A DNA stretch of 49,945 nt from Paraspadella gotoi (Eukaryota; Animalia; Chaetognatha). The stretch covers positions 2,162,854-2,212,798 of the forward strand of contig CM119268.1 in NCBI GenBank assembly GCA_051294375.1, given 5' to 3'. Positions 11,595 to 30,537 of the stretch are shown here, in pieces (the first letter of the stretch is position 1; the number at the start of each line of letters is the position of its first letter). The translations under genes were made by a program, and so were the position numbers. The notes under the pieces are model-generated. The model searched no databases. It saw only the letters and a program-made list of their open reading frames with translations, and was not told where the DNA came from.

Positions 11595-12364
11595 TTGTAG
11601 AATTGTCAAAATTAAAAAAACAAAACAATACATAGTGTTTCGTGAAATAAAATCAATTAAATGATTTGAAAAGCAATTTTACTTAAAAGTGGTTATCATC
11701 TCTTTCAGTGAAGAGAAATAAGAATAAACTAAATTCAATACAATATTAAAATTAAAAGGCTAAGAATTATTTCAAGATGTTTCATTCATGGTTGTTTTCT
11801 TATTTTTTTAAAAACGCTTCAAAATTGTGGAAATCGTTATTGACATTTTTTTGACGATTTTTGTCAAAATCAAAATTGGTAAACAAAAAGAAAGGTTCAA
11901 TTGTCAAAGTCAGGATTATTCTTCACAAGGAGTTTAAAGAAGTTGAGAAAGTTTAATCAAAGAAAATTCTAGAAATGATTGAATATTAACTTATAACATA
12001 TGTTTGCACATAATTTGCACATAATAGTTTTAAATTAATTTTTTTTAAAAACCGAAATGTCGAAACAATTACTTTTAGACTACGCTGCCATCGCTTTGTA
12101 AATTTACTCATATCACAATGATTCAAGACAGCGCTTCAAACAAAGTGTTCCGTTCGCCATATATCGCCCACTCAAAAAGACAAAAAGAATTGTTTTCAAG
12201 CTTCACTTAGGAATTATTGAGTATCGACTCTAGATTTAAGAGGCGGAAATCTGTTCTGATTAATTTCGTATAAAAAATGTGATTTGAGAAGAAAAAATCG
12301 CAGAATTTCTTGTGATTTTTGTAAAAATCTCTTTTTCATTCTCGTGAAGAAAATTTACAAAAAA

Positions 12365-13631
12365 ATGATTGTGACGGCGATCCTCTTTCTGGCGAGTAAG
12401 TTCGTTGTTTAAGCAATGGCTAGATACTTAATATTTATCATTCAAAAATTAACTAAATCCCCCAAATTTGTCTACTTTTCACATTATTCATTATCCAATT
12501 TCCTTCAACAAACGTCACCTTTATTTTGTCTCGAGTTTTTCTTGAGAAAAAAAAACTCGATCCTTTCCAAAGTCCATGTTTCTCTAACATGCCTCCCATG
12601 TCCTCCCACAACGCTCCAGCATGCGGCCATGCTCTGGGCGAGATCTGGACGGCGCCCAACACTCTGACGTCGGCGGAAGTGGAAGAGATCGTCAACCTGC
12701 ACAATCGATTCCGGTCACAATACGGCGCATCGAACATGATGAAGTTGAAGTGGGATCCGATGCTGGCGGAGTTGGCGGAAGGTTGCAGGGGTCGGAGGAC
12801 GGGGAGACAAGTCTGCCCTCTTTCTTTGTTCAAATAGTTTTACAAAGAACATTGTGCGCCGTTATGGTTCGAAAAAATACTCTGTGGCCTATCGGAAATA
12901 GTTGAGGCATTGAAACAACATGTTTCAAAGCTTATAGAACGAACGTATTTAAGTTTAAAATTTAAAGTTTAATTTTAATTTCTGTAAAATCCAAACCGCA
13001 TTTGTACGTCTATCCTTCGTATATAAAAATTACTAAAAATCCATCAGATTGTTAAATTACAATTTCTCGCNNNNNNNNNNNNNNNNNNNNNNNNNATACC
13101 CATCATAAGTAAATTCAATTTTTTCTCTGCGATTTATTCTCCATTTATTCAAACTTAATCCTCATTTAAGTCTATTATTGCAAACTAATCCTCATTACTT
13201 TATTATTCAAGTACATTATCGCCACAGATCAATCTTATTAATTCCTAACTAATCCCTCACTCTATATTATTATTCAAACCTATCTCAACAATCTTATTTT
13301 CATAATAATCCGTCAATCTAATCTTATTACTCAATACTAATCCTCACTAATCTTATGCATTCATTTTCATTCTTCCCCCCTCTCTCTCTCCTCAGCCACG
13401 CCAACCTGCGTGGCCGACATCTGAACCTCGACGCCCCGAGGCGGCGTCACGTGGGTCAAAACCTGCCATGTCGTCGTTTCGTCTACGTCGTGGCGCAGGG
13501 CGTCAACGTTTGGCACAACGAAAAAAATTCTTTGACTTTAAGACTTTCACTTGCGAAGGAGGGACTGGAAAAAGTGCGGGCATCTCACGGATCAGGTAGG
13601 GAATGAGAGAGAGAGAGGGAGAGAGAGGAGA

Positions 13632-13707
<76 letters not shown>

Positions 13708-16700
13708 GAGAGAGAGAGGGGAGAGAGGGAGAGAGAGAGAGAGAGAGAGGTAAGAGTGAGAGAGAGAGAGAGAGAGAGACGGAGAGAGAGTGTGAGAGAG
13801 TAGAGAGGAGAGGAGAGAGAGAGTGAGAGTGCTTAAATTATAGAAATTTCTCGATATTTGCCTCTTTTCTTCCGCTGAAGATCTTTCCCGTCCTTCTCAT
13901 GATGTCTTTGTTATTTTACACAGAAACAAACAACAACAACAGACAACAACAACAACACAACAAACAACAACAACAAAACACAAACAACACAACAACAACC
14001 GAACGACCCAATGACGCTATTCCTTTTCCTTCAGGTTTGGCGGCGCGACAATCCTGAGTTGCGATCAACGCGATTCAACGCGAATGGACACAGTGATGTC
14101 TGAATTATTATCCCGGAACAATTCATGGACATCATAGGCCAAGGATGAAGCCGAATCGAAGCGAAAGTGGATTGTCTCGTATGTCCGTCTGTCTGTCTGC
14201 TGTCTGAAGGTCTATATTAAATCCTGTTTTATTAGAACCAAAGTTTAAAAAAAAAGCAGCATTTAATTCTTCAGTACTCTCCTCCTCCTCTCCTCCTCCT
14301 GCCTCCTCCTCCCCCCTTCTCCCCCTCAGAGCCCTTACAAGAAAGCCGCTGTGTTCCCTTCTGCTCGGCCCAGTGCTCCGACGTCTCTGCTCATCCCCAA
14401 CCGCCTTGGCGTAAACGGAATATTTCAAGCGCAGCGATGCACTTGCACGCTGCAACCCGGCTCTCCGGGCCGGTTGCGGGACATTTCACCTGCCCGACCG
14501 CCGACGCCGAGTTACTGCGGACTGACCCTGTGCCTGCCTTCCGCCCTTCGTTTGCATCGAATCAGCAACGTGCCGGCTGCCTGTCCGTACAGATGTGAGG
14601 AATTGTTCGTGATTCGACGGAGCGCGGGAGGAGGTTGGACGAGAAAGAAATTTATTAAGGATGAGAAATCGATCGGTGATCTGTTTTGAATTTTCGCGCG
14701 CGCGGATTTCATTTTGAATCATTAAATAAAAACGTGAACTTAACGAATTTGTTTATATAAAAAATAATAATTAAAAAAGTACGTGATAGTGATTGCGGTC
14801 GACTTTTTTTTTTTATTGAGATGTGATTGGCTAAAATATAGTTTTACATCATATCGCTAGCTCGTACACATTACGAGTTTTCTAGTCGGGTAAAAATGAG
14901 AGCTTGCTTGCTTGCTTATGCTTGCTGCTGCTGGATGGCTTTCTTCTTCTCCTCTGTTGTTTTTTTTTGTTGTGTTTGTTTAGGTATGTTTACAATTCTT
15001 GTATTTCTTCTTATTCTTTTCTGTCGTGTCTTTCTTTCTTCCTTCTTTCTTCTCTTTCTGTTGTCTTGTTGGTTCTTTTCTTCCTCTTGTACCTCTACTT
15101 GAACTGCTCTTTCTCTTCTTCTAATCTCTCTCTCTGTCCCTTCTCTGCTTCTCTTGTTCCCATCTCCCTCCCCCCACAAACCATACAGCCTCCATTAGTC
15201 TCGTCACCGCCTCGCCCTCCAAATCATCCCCATACAGGCGTTCGAGCTCGCCACCGCCTGCTACTTTTCCCTGTGTGGTCTTACTGGCTTCCGAGCGTTT
15301 CGACCTTAGCCTCATAGATTGGAAATCGTCCAAGATTTTATTGGAAAAAGTCCGACTAAGCATGTTCAAGCGGAGTAATTCCATTGCCATTCTCATTTTC
15401 CTAATCTCAATGAGTAGGATAGAAAGAATAAGGGTCAAAAAATCGTTAACCCAAAAGCCGTTCGAAAACTATTTTTTTTTTTCATTCATATTCTTCTTTC
15501 TCACGTAATAACTTGGAGATAATGATAAAAAAGCGCTGTAGAAAGAGAGAGAGAGGAGGAGAGAGAGAGAGAGAGGAGATGAGAGAGGATAGAGAGGGGG
15601 AGGAGATAGTCCAAGGTCTTGAGAAGCGGTGGTGCGGCGAATGAACTCTCTATTCTAATTAACCGGTCGAAGTAGGAGACTAAAATAAAAACAAGTGGAG
15701 AATAAATGTAAAATAAGATAATAAAAGAAAGAAAAAGAAATAAGGACAAACGTGTTTTTTATTAGATTGTCAGTTATTAAATTATCGGTAGAAGAGAGAC
15801 CCTAGCCTTTAAATTGTGCGAGAAACCATTTGAAAGTGTAAAAGGGAGAAAACCATAAGCATAAGAAACGAAACAAAACATAACAATGCCGCAACGAAAC
15901 AAGAGAAAAAGAAGACAAGCTCGTTAATCGCGAATTGAAGAAACAAGTGGTTGTTGTTGTTGTTGTCGTGTCGTCTTAGGTTGTGAGTACTTGTACGTGT
16001 TATTAAGGACGATTCGCAGATCGGTCATGCTGTCAATACGTCGTCGTTCAATCGTTGTCGTAGGTCCATCGATCGTCAGTTCGGGCCATCAAGGCATTGC
16101 TCGTCATTCATACCTGGGTCATCGGTCATTGGTCATCAGGATAATTGTTTGTCCACTAATAATCGGGTACGGCTAGTCATATATCAGTCATTGTTACTCA
16201 AGGAGAGAGTTTATTCCCCCGGTTTCATCAAAAAGGCTTTCCGACTTGGGGCGATAGATAATGACAGATGAAAAAGCTTGGCCTTCTTTTGATGATCAAA
16301 ATAGGCATGACCACGCGCTAAGAGGTTACATTTTTCAATCAGTTATGGGGGACATACTTGGAAGGCAATTTTTTTTTCGCAGGTCAGACGCAGTAAAGAA
16401 AGCACAGCCTCCCTAGAAGTTTCCACATAGCGTGTGACTTGAAAGAGTAACTTAAAAACCCCAGTGACAGACTTGGCAGTATCGAAGATGCCACGACCCA
16501 GAATTCGATTGGTAACGTAACCGTTAATCGAAATCTGCATAATATCCGAAAAATCAACGTGAGCACCTGAGATCAAGGATATGCAAGCTGTACCTGGGCC
16601 TTCGGAATTACTGGTAAACTACTTAAGTAGTAATAACAAAGAGAGAGCTAAAGATGTCGTGTATCGATGCTAAAAAGAATGGAAGCCTTTTCGATTGTCA

Positions 16701-18412
16701 GTTAATGTTAGTAGTGCACAAAAAGAGAGCAACGGGAAAGTAGGTAAGAAGTTCTGATTTGTTCCCAATATTAAGATATGTTATTGTCTCACACCCCTCC
16801 CGCTATTTTTGGTAGTGGTCAAGCTACAAAAATATTCCTTGAGCATTGTTCTCTAGAAAATAAACAATCAAAATTCCGGGTCGAGTGGGGATTGAAAGAG
16901 GAATTAAGGTCAACGTAATAATTAAAACTAAGAACTCTCTGGAGCTATGCCAAAATGCCAGCCACGACTTGAATACTTGCTAAACCCTCTCAAAAAATCT
17001 CAAAAAACTTGACAAAAGAAATCCTGGAGACGAAACGGTTGACGGAACAGACGGTGACCGGGAGCGACGGCAGACTCGACAAACTTGACCAGCCGCAGGC
17101 GCAACACCCTCTCACACCTAATTGTAGCTTGCAAAAAGTATATCATGTTGAAGACAGCGAAACAGGGATTTACACAAGACAATATAATTTAAGAGGAAAA
17201 AACGCCTTTGCGTGATGTTAATTAAAAGAACCAAGTTGTCCGTAAATCTAAAACACCTAACTTTTTCCACTATCACAAAACTACGCTATATCTATGGTAA
17301 AAACAGAGAAACGAACGACCAAGTATAGTTCCATCGGGTTCACTCGAGACGGTCGGGTGCGCACCAACTTCTGCAGAGTATCGAAGCGGTCCGTGTTGGA
17401 ACGACGTGCCGAAAAACGAATCTGTCTCTTGCTCGGGAATATACGGAAAAACAAAATAAAACTGTACCGTGGTGCGTGTACTCATTATACCGTTTTCCAC
17501 AAAAAAATAGAACCGTTTCAAAAAAAAAAACAATAACAACTAAAACAGGTCAATTTCTGTTTTCTGACTTTAAAAAAACAAACGTTTGCCCACAACTGAA
17601 AATGAAACGTATCACAAATCACAATGCGCTATAATGAAAAATCGGACGATCAAGCAGGGGGAATGAGACAAAGGAGTAGAATAATATTCTATCGTGCTTG
17701 ACTAACTGACCATAATGACTTTTGGCGAAAACTATCTTCGGGCATTAATAAACCAAATCAACTAAAATCAAAAGCAATAGTAAACAACTTATTATGCGAG
17801 TTTAAACGCCGGTTATAAAACTGACCACCGGTTGCACAGCTTTAAAGAAAAAAGCTGAGTTTAATTTTATACACTTAGGTCGGATCGAAGCGCGAAACGC
17901 GTTGCGCCAACTGACACACAGACGACCGATGCACCCGAGGCCTTGAATCTCAGGCGCTCTGCAACATGAAGATATAAGCATACGCCCTTACCCCCCCAAC
18001 GAACTTTGAAAAAGTACACTCAACTAAAAGAGGAAACGTGTAGAGTATTAATCGTAGAAGCCCGAAATCGTAAAGGCGCAGCTACAATTACGGCAAGCGG
18101 AATCACCGCCAGAGCTTCGATAGAACACCAAATGGAGTTCCAAGATGGAAACACGAAGAAAGGGGAGATGTAGGGATAAATTGTGTAGGGTGTTGTGGAG
18201 GTTGGGGGGATGAAGGGGCGCCGAACGAATATAAGCCCCACTTTAACCAAATGGCAATAGCTCTTGTCGTAGCTGGCGGATTTGGCTCCCGCAGAGTAAG
18301 AAAATAGGCATCTCGAGAGATTTGATAGTCTGAACGATAGAAATTTCCGATTTTCGCCTCTTTTCTTCGCTGAAATCTTTCCCGTCCTTCTCATGATAGT
18401 CGTTGTTATCTT

Positions 18413-18506
<94 letters not shown>

Positions 18507-19139
18507 CCCCGAACGGACCCAATGACCTGATTCCTTTTCCTCTTTCAGGTTCTGGCGGCGCCGACGCAATTCCTTGGTTGCGCCATCAAACGCGATTGCA
18601 ACGGCGAATGGACCACATTGATGGTCTGCAATTATTATCCCGGACAATCTATGGACATCATCAAGGCAAGGATGAAGCCGAATCGAAGCGAAAGTGGATT
18701 GTCTGTATGTCCGTCTGTCTGTCTGCCTGTCTGAAGGTCTTATATTTAAATCCTGTTTTATTTAGACCAAAGTTAAAAAAAAAGAGCAGCATTTAATCTT
18801 TAAGTATCTCCTCCTCCTCCTCCTCCTCCTCCTCCTCCTCCCCCCCTTCTCCCCCTCAAGGAGCCCTACAAGAAAGGCACGGCCTGTTCCCTCTGCTCCG
18901 GCGCCCAGTGCTCCGACGGTCTCTGCTCCTGCCCCAACCCGCCTTGCGTCAACGGAAATTTCAAGGCAGCCGGATGCACTTGCACCTGCAACCCGGGCTA
19001 CTCCGGCGCCGGTTGCGGCACTTTCACCTGCCCGGCCGCCGACGCCGAGTACTGCGGCACCGCCTTTCCGCCCTCGTTCTGCACCGAGTACAGCAACGTG
19101 CCCGCTGCGTGTCCGTACATGTGCGGAATGTGTTCGTGA
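12365..19139 (+). CDS. Secreted cysteine-rich CAP/SCP-domain protein with EGF-like and ShKT-like C-terminus; exons ~12365-12395, 12620-12781, 13396-13595 (frameshifted/noisy), 18549-18665, 18861-19139
   Basis: Signal peptide MIVTAILFLATCGHALG. CAP motifs: IVNLHNRFRS..ASNMMKLKWD..LA, GQNL, WHNEK, CGH.., LGCA, VCNYYP, PYKKG..CSLC. EGF-like segment CPNPPCVNG..CTCTCNPGYSGAGC and six-Cys tail C..C..C..CPYMCGMC*. Exon 3 carries indels. Confidence 0.82.
14035..14612 (+). pseudogene. Frameshift-ridden duplicate of CAP gene exons 4-5 (probably uncorrected read sequence rather than a real paralogue)
   Basis: Colinear with 18549-19139 but differs mainly by many 1-nt deletions. Confidence 0.6.
18413..18507. 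repeat. (CAA)n microsatellite
   Basis: Pure CAA run. Confidence 0.95.
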
Positions 19140-19976
19140 TTCGACGGACGCGTCCGGGAGGAGCGTTCGACCGGAAAGGAAGATTTATTAAGGATGAGAA
19201 TCGATCGGTGATCTGTTTTGAATTTTCGCGCGCGCGGGATTTCCATTTTGAATCATTAAATAAAAACGTGAATCTAAACGAATTTCGGTTTTTATATAAA
19301 AAAAATATATTAAAAAAGTCACGTGATATGATTGCGGTCGACTTTTTTTTTTATTGAGATGATTGGCTAAAAATATAGTTTTACATCATATCGTAGCACT
19401 GTAACATTAACGAGTTTTCTAGTCGGGTAAAATGAGACGCTTGCTTGCTTGCTTGCTTGTTTGCTGGCTGGCTTGCTTGCTTTCTTTCTTTCTTTCTTTT
19501 TCTTTCCTTTTCTTTCTTGTCTTCCTTCTTTATCTTTCTCTTTCTTTCTTTCTTTCTATCTCTTCTTTCTATCTTCTCTTTCTTTCTATTCTTTCTTTCT
19601 TTCTTTCTTTCACTTTCTTTCTCTTTAACTTGCAACTCTCTCTCTCTCTCTCTCTCTCTGCTCTCTCTCTCTCTCTCTCCTCCCTCTCCCCCGTCTTCCC
19701 CTACTGCTCGAGCGTTCCGACTCTTACTCATAGATTTATCGAATCGCTCCAAGATAGCGACGAATCCCGACTGCATCAAAAGATACCATTGCCTTCCATT
19801 GCCATCTGCAATGGATGAAATCAAGGTCAAAAATCAGTCTAAACCCAAAAACGCCGAAACTTTTTTTTCTCATCTTCTTCTCCGTAGAACTTGGAGAATG
19901 ATAAAAAAACGCCTCTGTGAAAGAGAGAGAGAGAGGAGAGAGGAGAGAGAGAGAGAGAGAGAGAGAGATGAGAGAG

Positions 19977-20019
<43 letters not shown>

Positions 20020-20339
20020 TCAACGGTCTTGAGAAGCGGAGGCGACTGACTGCTTTCGATGATACCGAGAGTCGCGGCTAAAAAAAAAGGGAAAAAAATA
20101 CAAATTAAAAAAATGTAAAAGATATAAAGAAAAGAAAAAGAAAATCAAAGAAAAGGTAGTTTATATGTACATATAATTAATATTCGTTAAGAAGAAGCCC
20201 TTGCCTTATTGGCGAAACATTGAAAGTTAAAAAGGGAGAAAACCAAAACATAACGAAACGAAACAAAACATAACAAATCCCAAACGAAACAAAGAGAAAA
20301 AAGAAGAAAACTCGTTAACCGCGAGATTGAAGAAGACAA

Positions 20340-20580
20340 TGGTTGTTGTTGTTGTCGTTGTTGTTGTTTTCGTCGTCGTCTTAGTTATGGTCTTCGTCAC
20401 GGTCGTCATCGTCATCGTCGTTGTTGTCGTCATTGCCATCAGGGCCGTTGTCGTCATTATAGTCATCGTCGTCGTTGTCGTCGTCATCATCGTCATCGTT
20501 GTCGTAGTCATCATCGTCATTGTCATCAAGGTCATTGTCGTCATCATCACCGTCATCGTCATCGTCATTGCCATCAAGGT
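20340..20580. repeat. (GTC/GTT/ATC)n microsatellite
   Basis: Direct reading. Confidence 0.9.
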
Positions 20581-21054
20581 CGAGATATACCGTCGATCAA
20601 AAAGGCTTCCGCTTGGGGCGATAGATGATGATTGAAAAAGCCTGGCTTCTTTTGCTACAATAGGATGACCATTGACCACCCCGTGATGGAGGCCTTAAAC
20701 CTCCAAAGCCTGTCCAAAGTCAGTGGCAAGATAGCTTATTTATTAACTGAATGGATGATTTTTATATTAGTTGTACCAATTCGGTATTATTGATTATGAT
20801 TATTAGAAATGAATATTTATAATTATCATTATCAACACAATTGCAGTAAATGTCGTCGTCGTCGTTTGCCCTGTCTTTTTCAACCTTGCCTTCGTCGGAC
20901 AAGGCCGAGAAGGAAACTAACTCCTTAACTAAGTAAGTTGACCGGCGGATGTTTCGTATAGAATAACTTCCGGCTAAACAATTAGTTTCGTTAGTTAAAG
21001 AGAGAAGAAAATTATTTTTCATTTTAGTGGAAAAAAATAAAAGGTAAGAAAATA

Positions 21055-21141
<87 letters not shown>
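21055..21141. repeat. (AAT)n microsatellite
   Basis: Pure AAT run. Confidence 0.95.
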
Positions 21142-21253
21142 TATAATAAATAAAAAAGGTAAAAAAATGAAAGGCAAGGAAGGATTAAAGAGAAAAAGAA
21201 AGAAAAAGGAAAAAGTTTTCTTTTTTCTCTCAAGATGTCATTCTCATTTCGAT

Positions 21254-21290
<37 letters not shown>

Positions 21291-21971
21291 CTCTCGTCTC
21301 TCTCTTCTCACTCTCTCTCTCTGGCATCTCGTCATCTGCTCTCTCGTCTCTCCCTCCCTCCTCCCCCCCGCTCTCTCTTCTCTAACAACCGGTGATATTA
21401 ACTGGGTTGTTGGTCGCGTAGTTACTTTCCTCGTTCGTAATCCCGTTCATCATCCATCATCGAATCATCCGCCAGTGTCGTCATGGCTTTTGCGTCATGC
21501 GGTCGCGCGCGGTCTTCTATCGTCGTCGTCGTCGTCGTCGTCTTCGCCGCCCGAGAAATTTCTTATTCACTTTTTATTTCTCCTTTTACGAGATGTGGAG
21601 TCGTTGAAGGCACAAGCCCAGTCCGACGTCTCCAATCACTGCCACTCGTCAGTCAGTCCCAAGAAGAAGTTTAGCTCACTTCGCCGGATCTATTGTAGCA
21701 AGGCATAGCCTAATTTGGTTTTCTTTAGTTTTTTTTTCATTTAATTAAAAATATAAAAGCTAAGTAAAGGACTTAAAAACAAAAAAAAATATGCAAAATA
21801 CAATCCAAGAATGTACAAGAATGNNNNNNNNNNNNNNNNNNNNNNNNNNNNNNNNNNNNNNNNNNNNNNNNNNNNNNNNNNNNNNNNNNNNNNNNNNNNN
21901 NNNNNNNNNNNNNNNNNNNNNNNNNNNNNNNNNNNNNNNNNNNNNNNNNNNNNNNNNNNNNNNNNNNNNNN

Positions 21972-27130
<5,159 letters not shown>

Positions 27131-27152
27131 ACATCTCTCTCGTCTCTTCTCT

Positions 27153-27229
<77 letters not shown>

Positions 27230-27410
27230 CGCGCGCCGTACCTCTCGTCAAGGACGCGTATATCCCCGTCGCTTCGCTCGCTCGCTCGCGCCGTCGGCCC
27301 GAAGCCGCGCTTTCTTTATTGCTTTTCCCAGTTCAGAAAATTTTAGCCCTTTTATGAAAGTCCACTGGGCAGGAAAGAAAAGAGAGAGAGAGAAAGAGAG
27401 AGAGAGAGGC

Positions 27411-27460
<50 letters not shown>

Positions 27461-27617
27461 CCCCGAAACGGAGCGTACATAACGCTGGCTAATCTCATTC
27501 CCAACTTTACATGTGAATAAACGCCGGGGAGACATTATTACTTCACCACTTTAAACGTAGAAAACTATTTACTTTTTATAGCGCTTTATCGCTTTTTGAA
27601 AGATTGCGGCATAGTGT

Positions 27618-27636
27618 TCTCTCTCTCTTTTTCTCT

Positions 27637-27667
<31 letters not shown>

Positions 27668-27693
27668 TTTCTCTCTCTCTCTCTCCTCTCTCT

Positions 27694-27744
<51 letters not shown>

Positions 27745-27793
27745 TTCTCTCTCTCTCTCTCTCTCTCTCTCCTCTCTCCTTCTCTCTCTCTCT

Positions 27794-27879
<86 letters not shown>

Positions 27880-27880
27880 C
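27618..27880. repeat. Long (CT)n microsatellite (one of many AG/CT tracts in the window)
   Basis: Direct reading. Confidence 0.95.
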
Positions 27881-28407
27881 TTGCACGATTTTCTCACTCT
27901 CGCCTCTTTACTTCCGAAGCTTTTTTTTTTTTCCCCTAGCAACTCATCCAGTGGTGATTAATTTCCATATCACTTCGCGAATCGCATTAGCTCCTCCTCC
28001 TCTTCCTCCTCTTCCTCATCCTCTTCCTCCTCATCCTTTAAGTTAAGGGTACTCGTTGAGATTTTTTCTTTTGTTCAAAATTTGTGGGAATTTTTGCATT
28101 TTTTTAAAGGTTTGATTAATTTTTTAGTAATAAATTCCTAAGACTTTCGTATCTGATCCGTATTTTAATTTGTATAGCATTTATTCTATATTGCATACAG
28201 TTTGTATACAATTCCGCATGACTTCTTTATTAGCATCTAATACTACCGTTCGAATCTGATATTATAAATCTTTTCTTTTCTTCTCTTATCTAATCTTCAT
28301 TGTACTGATTTTTTTCTTTATTTTTTAATTAACTTTGATTGAGTCCGTCTTCTTAACTTTCCGCTTCGCTTTTATCTTTTTTCGTAAAATATCGAAGTCT
28401 CTATCTT

Positions 28408-28480
<73 letters not shown>

Positions 28481-28828
28481 CCATAGCTGACGCCATTCTG
28501 ATTAACTTTCAGATATCCCTTTTTCAAGTGCTTCTTCTCTCTTCTCTCTTCTCTCTTCTCTCTTCCCCTATCTTTCTTTTTTTTTGCATCTCGATTATAC
28601 TAATCTCTCTCTCTCTCTCTCTCCCTCTCCATCTCTTTATCTCATTAATGATTTCCTGATTAATAGTCCAGTTTTGTAAAGAATGGGTTTGTCCAGAATT
28701 GCTCAGCTATTTATCGAACTCCTCTGCACTTCATCTCTCTCTCTCTCTCTGTCTCTTTTCATCTCGATTTATACTTATTCTCTCTCTCTTTCTCCCTTTC
28801 TCCCTTTCTCCCTTTCTCCCTTTCTCTC

Positions 28829-28881
<53 letters not shown>

Positions 28882-29136
28882 CTCTTTCATTTTTCCCCTT
28901 ATTCCTTCGCCGGACGTGCCAAGAGCAGCGCTAGAGGGTTAGAACTTTTTTTCCTCATTTGCATATTCTATTCAAATGTGATCTTAATATATTTTTTTTT
29001 AACGATTCTTTTTTCCACGTTACTTTCTTTCTTATTTCATATCTTCAATCTCTCTTGAATTCTACTACTTTTATCGCATTACTTTATTTTGAAATAGTTT
29101 GAAATTTATTTCTTCAACGAATTTGATTTTATTAAT

Positions 29137-29183
29137 AAAACATGACATGTTTCGCCTTTTGTTTCGAGTCTTCATCGGCGTTT
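29137..29183 (-). ncRNA. Degenerate hammerhead motif of the same family
   Basis: Minus strand AAACG-CCGATGA-A-GACT..AGGC-GAAA-CATG-TC-ATGTTT, followed by a tail (..TCGTTG..AATTTCAAACT) shared with the 46984 copy. Confidence 0.5.
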
Positions 29184-30537
29184 AACAGTTAACAATCGCA
29201 ATACTTTAATAAATTACCTAATTTTTTTGTTCTTTATTATATTTTGAAGGCAGCGTCATTTTTTTTCTTTCTTTCTTTCGTTCTTTCTCTTTCTTTCTCT
29301 CCTTTTTCTCGAAGAGGGCAGGAACCGGTTCCTTGGGATTTTTTTTTCGTTTCGCTTGGTGCAAAAAAAAAAAAAAAAAAAATAAGAAAAGAAAAGGAAA
29401 GATAGGAAAAGAGAAGAAAATAGAAGATAGGAAAAAATAAGAAAAGTAAAGATAGAAAGGAAAAGAGAAGCAATACAAAAGCTGGCGAGTGGGAATACAA
29501 AGAGAAAAAAAAATAAAAAAGAGGATTTAAGAGAATAATCGTGAAGGAGAGAACTGAAAAGGGTCAGTCAGTCAGAGTAGAAGCGGAACAGGAGAAGATA
29601 AAATGAGACAATGAGACATTTTTTGAGGCATATCGGAGAACATAGAAGAAGAAAGAAGAATTTAGAAAGAGATACATACATACATTGGATAATGGATAAA
29701 TTGGAAAATAGGAGAATAGCATAAGAAATATTATATATAAATAATGTTATAAAATATAAAAAAGATAAAATAGTGAAAAAAAGTAGAAGAGTTTAGAAAA
29801 TGTTTATTATTTTCTCTATGGTCGCGCGTTCGATTCGTCGGCCCTAGGTTGAACTGGCTTTAACATGGAGCAAGGTTTTCTAAATCTCGAATGACGTAAA
29901 TGTCGAATAAATGACGAATAAATCGTGAATAAATCGTGCATAAGTTTATTATTGAAGAGAATAAATAAATGGCGTACAATAAATTGGTGTGGAGAATCCT
30001 TTTGTTTCCGTAAAAACTACGGTTCCATCCGGCCGATCTTTTCCAGAGAAACGATTATGAACGAATAACAAGTGACGAGGTTTTCGGCCAAAAGAAAACC
30101 ACGAGAAAGCGTCTACAACGGTGAAAAGACCTGGTCTGAAAAGGTCAACTGAAATGACGGGGGGAAAAATGACCGGACGGGAGGTCACAAAATATTTCAA
30201 AGAGAATACAGCGGAGCGACAAGTCAGAAAGAGAAAAATCAAGTGGAAAAAAAAAGGAAAAAGAAAAAAAAACGAAAAAGAAAAAAAGGAAAAAGAAAGA
30301 ATCGAGAAGGAGGCGGCGCCGGGTAATGGCGCCGGTTTCCGTTTTTTCGTGTTAAAAAGACGCTGGTCTCTGTAACGAGAGTCAAAACCGAAACGAAAGG
30401 GCGTCTTCGTTACGCGATTCGACGCCGTAAATGGAAAAAAGAAAACTCGAGCGGCGCCTTCCTCACCGATTCACAGAAATTTGTTTCGGGGTTTTTTTTA
30501 CGTGAAAATGCAAAGAGTTGGAGAGGAAGCGGATTGT

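Larger units (their letters stand above)
13839..20675. repeat. Direct duplication ~13839-16320 / ~18336-20675
   Basis: Colinear blocks including the CAP 3' exons and microsatellites. The first copy is progressively more error-rich. Confidence 0.85.

Noticed and set aside
16330-18310. Short ORFs (17009, 17294, 18020) and CGAAACGCGT at ~17893
   Set aside because: No motif similarity; the hammerhead-like half has no CTGANGA partner; the region may be low-quality read sequence.
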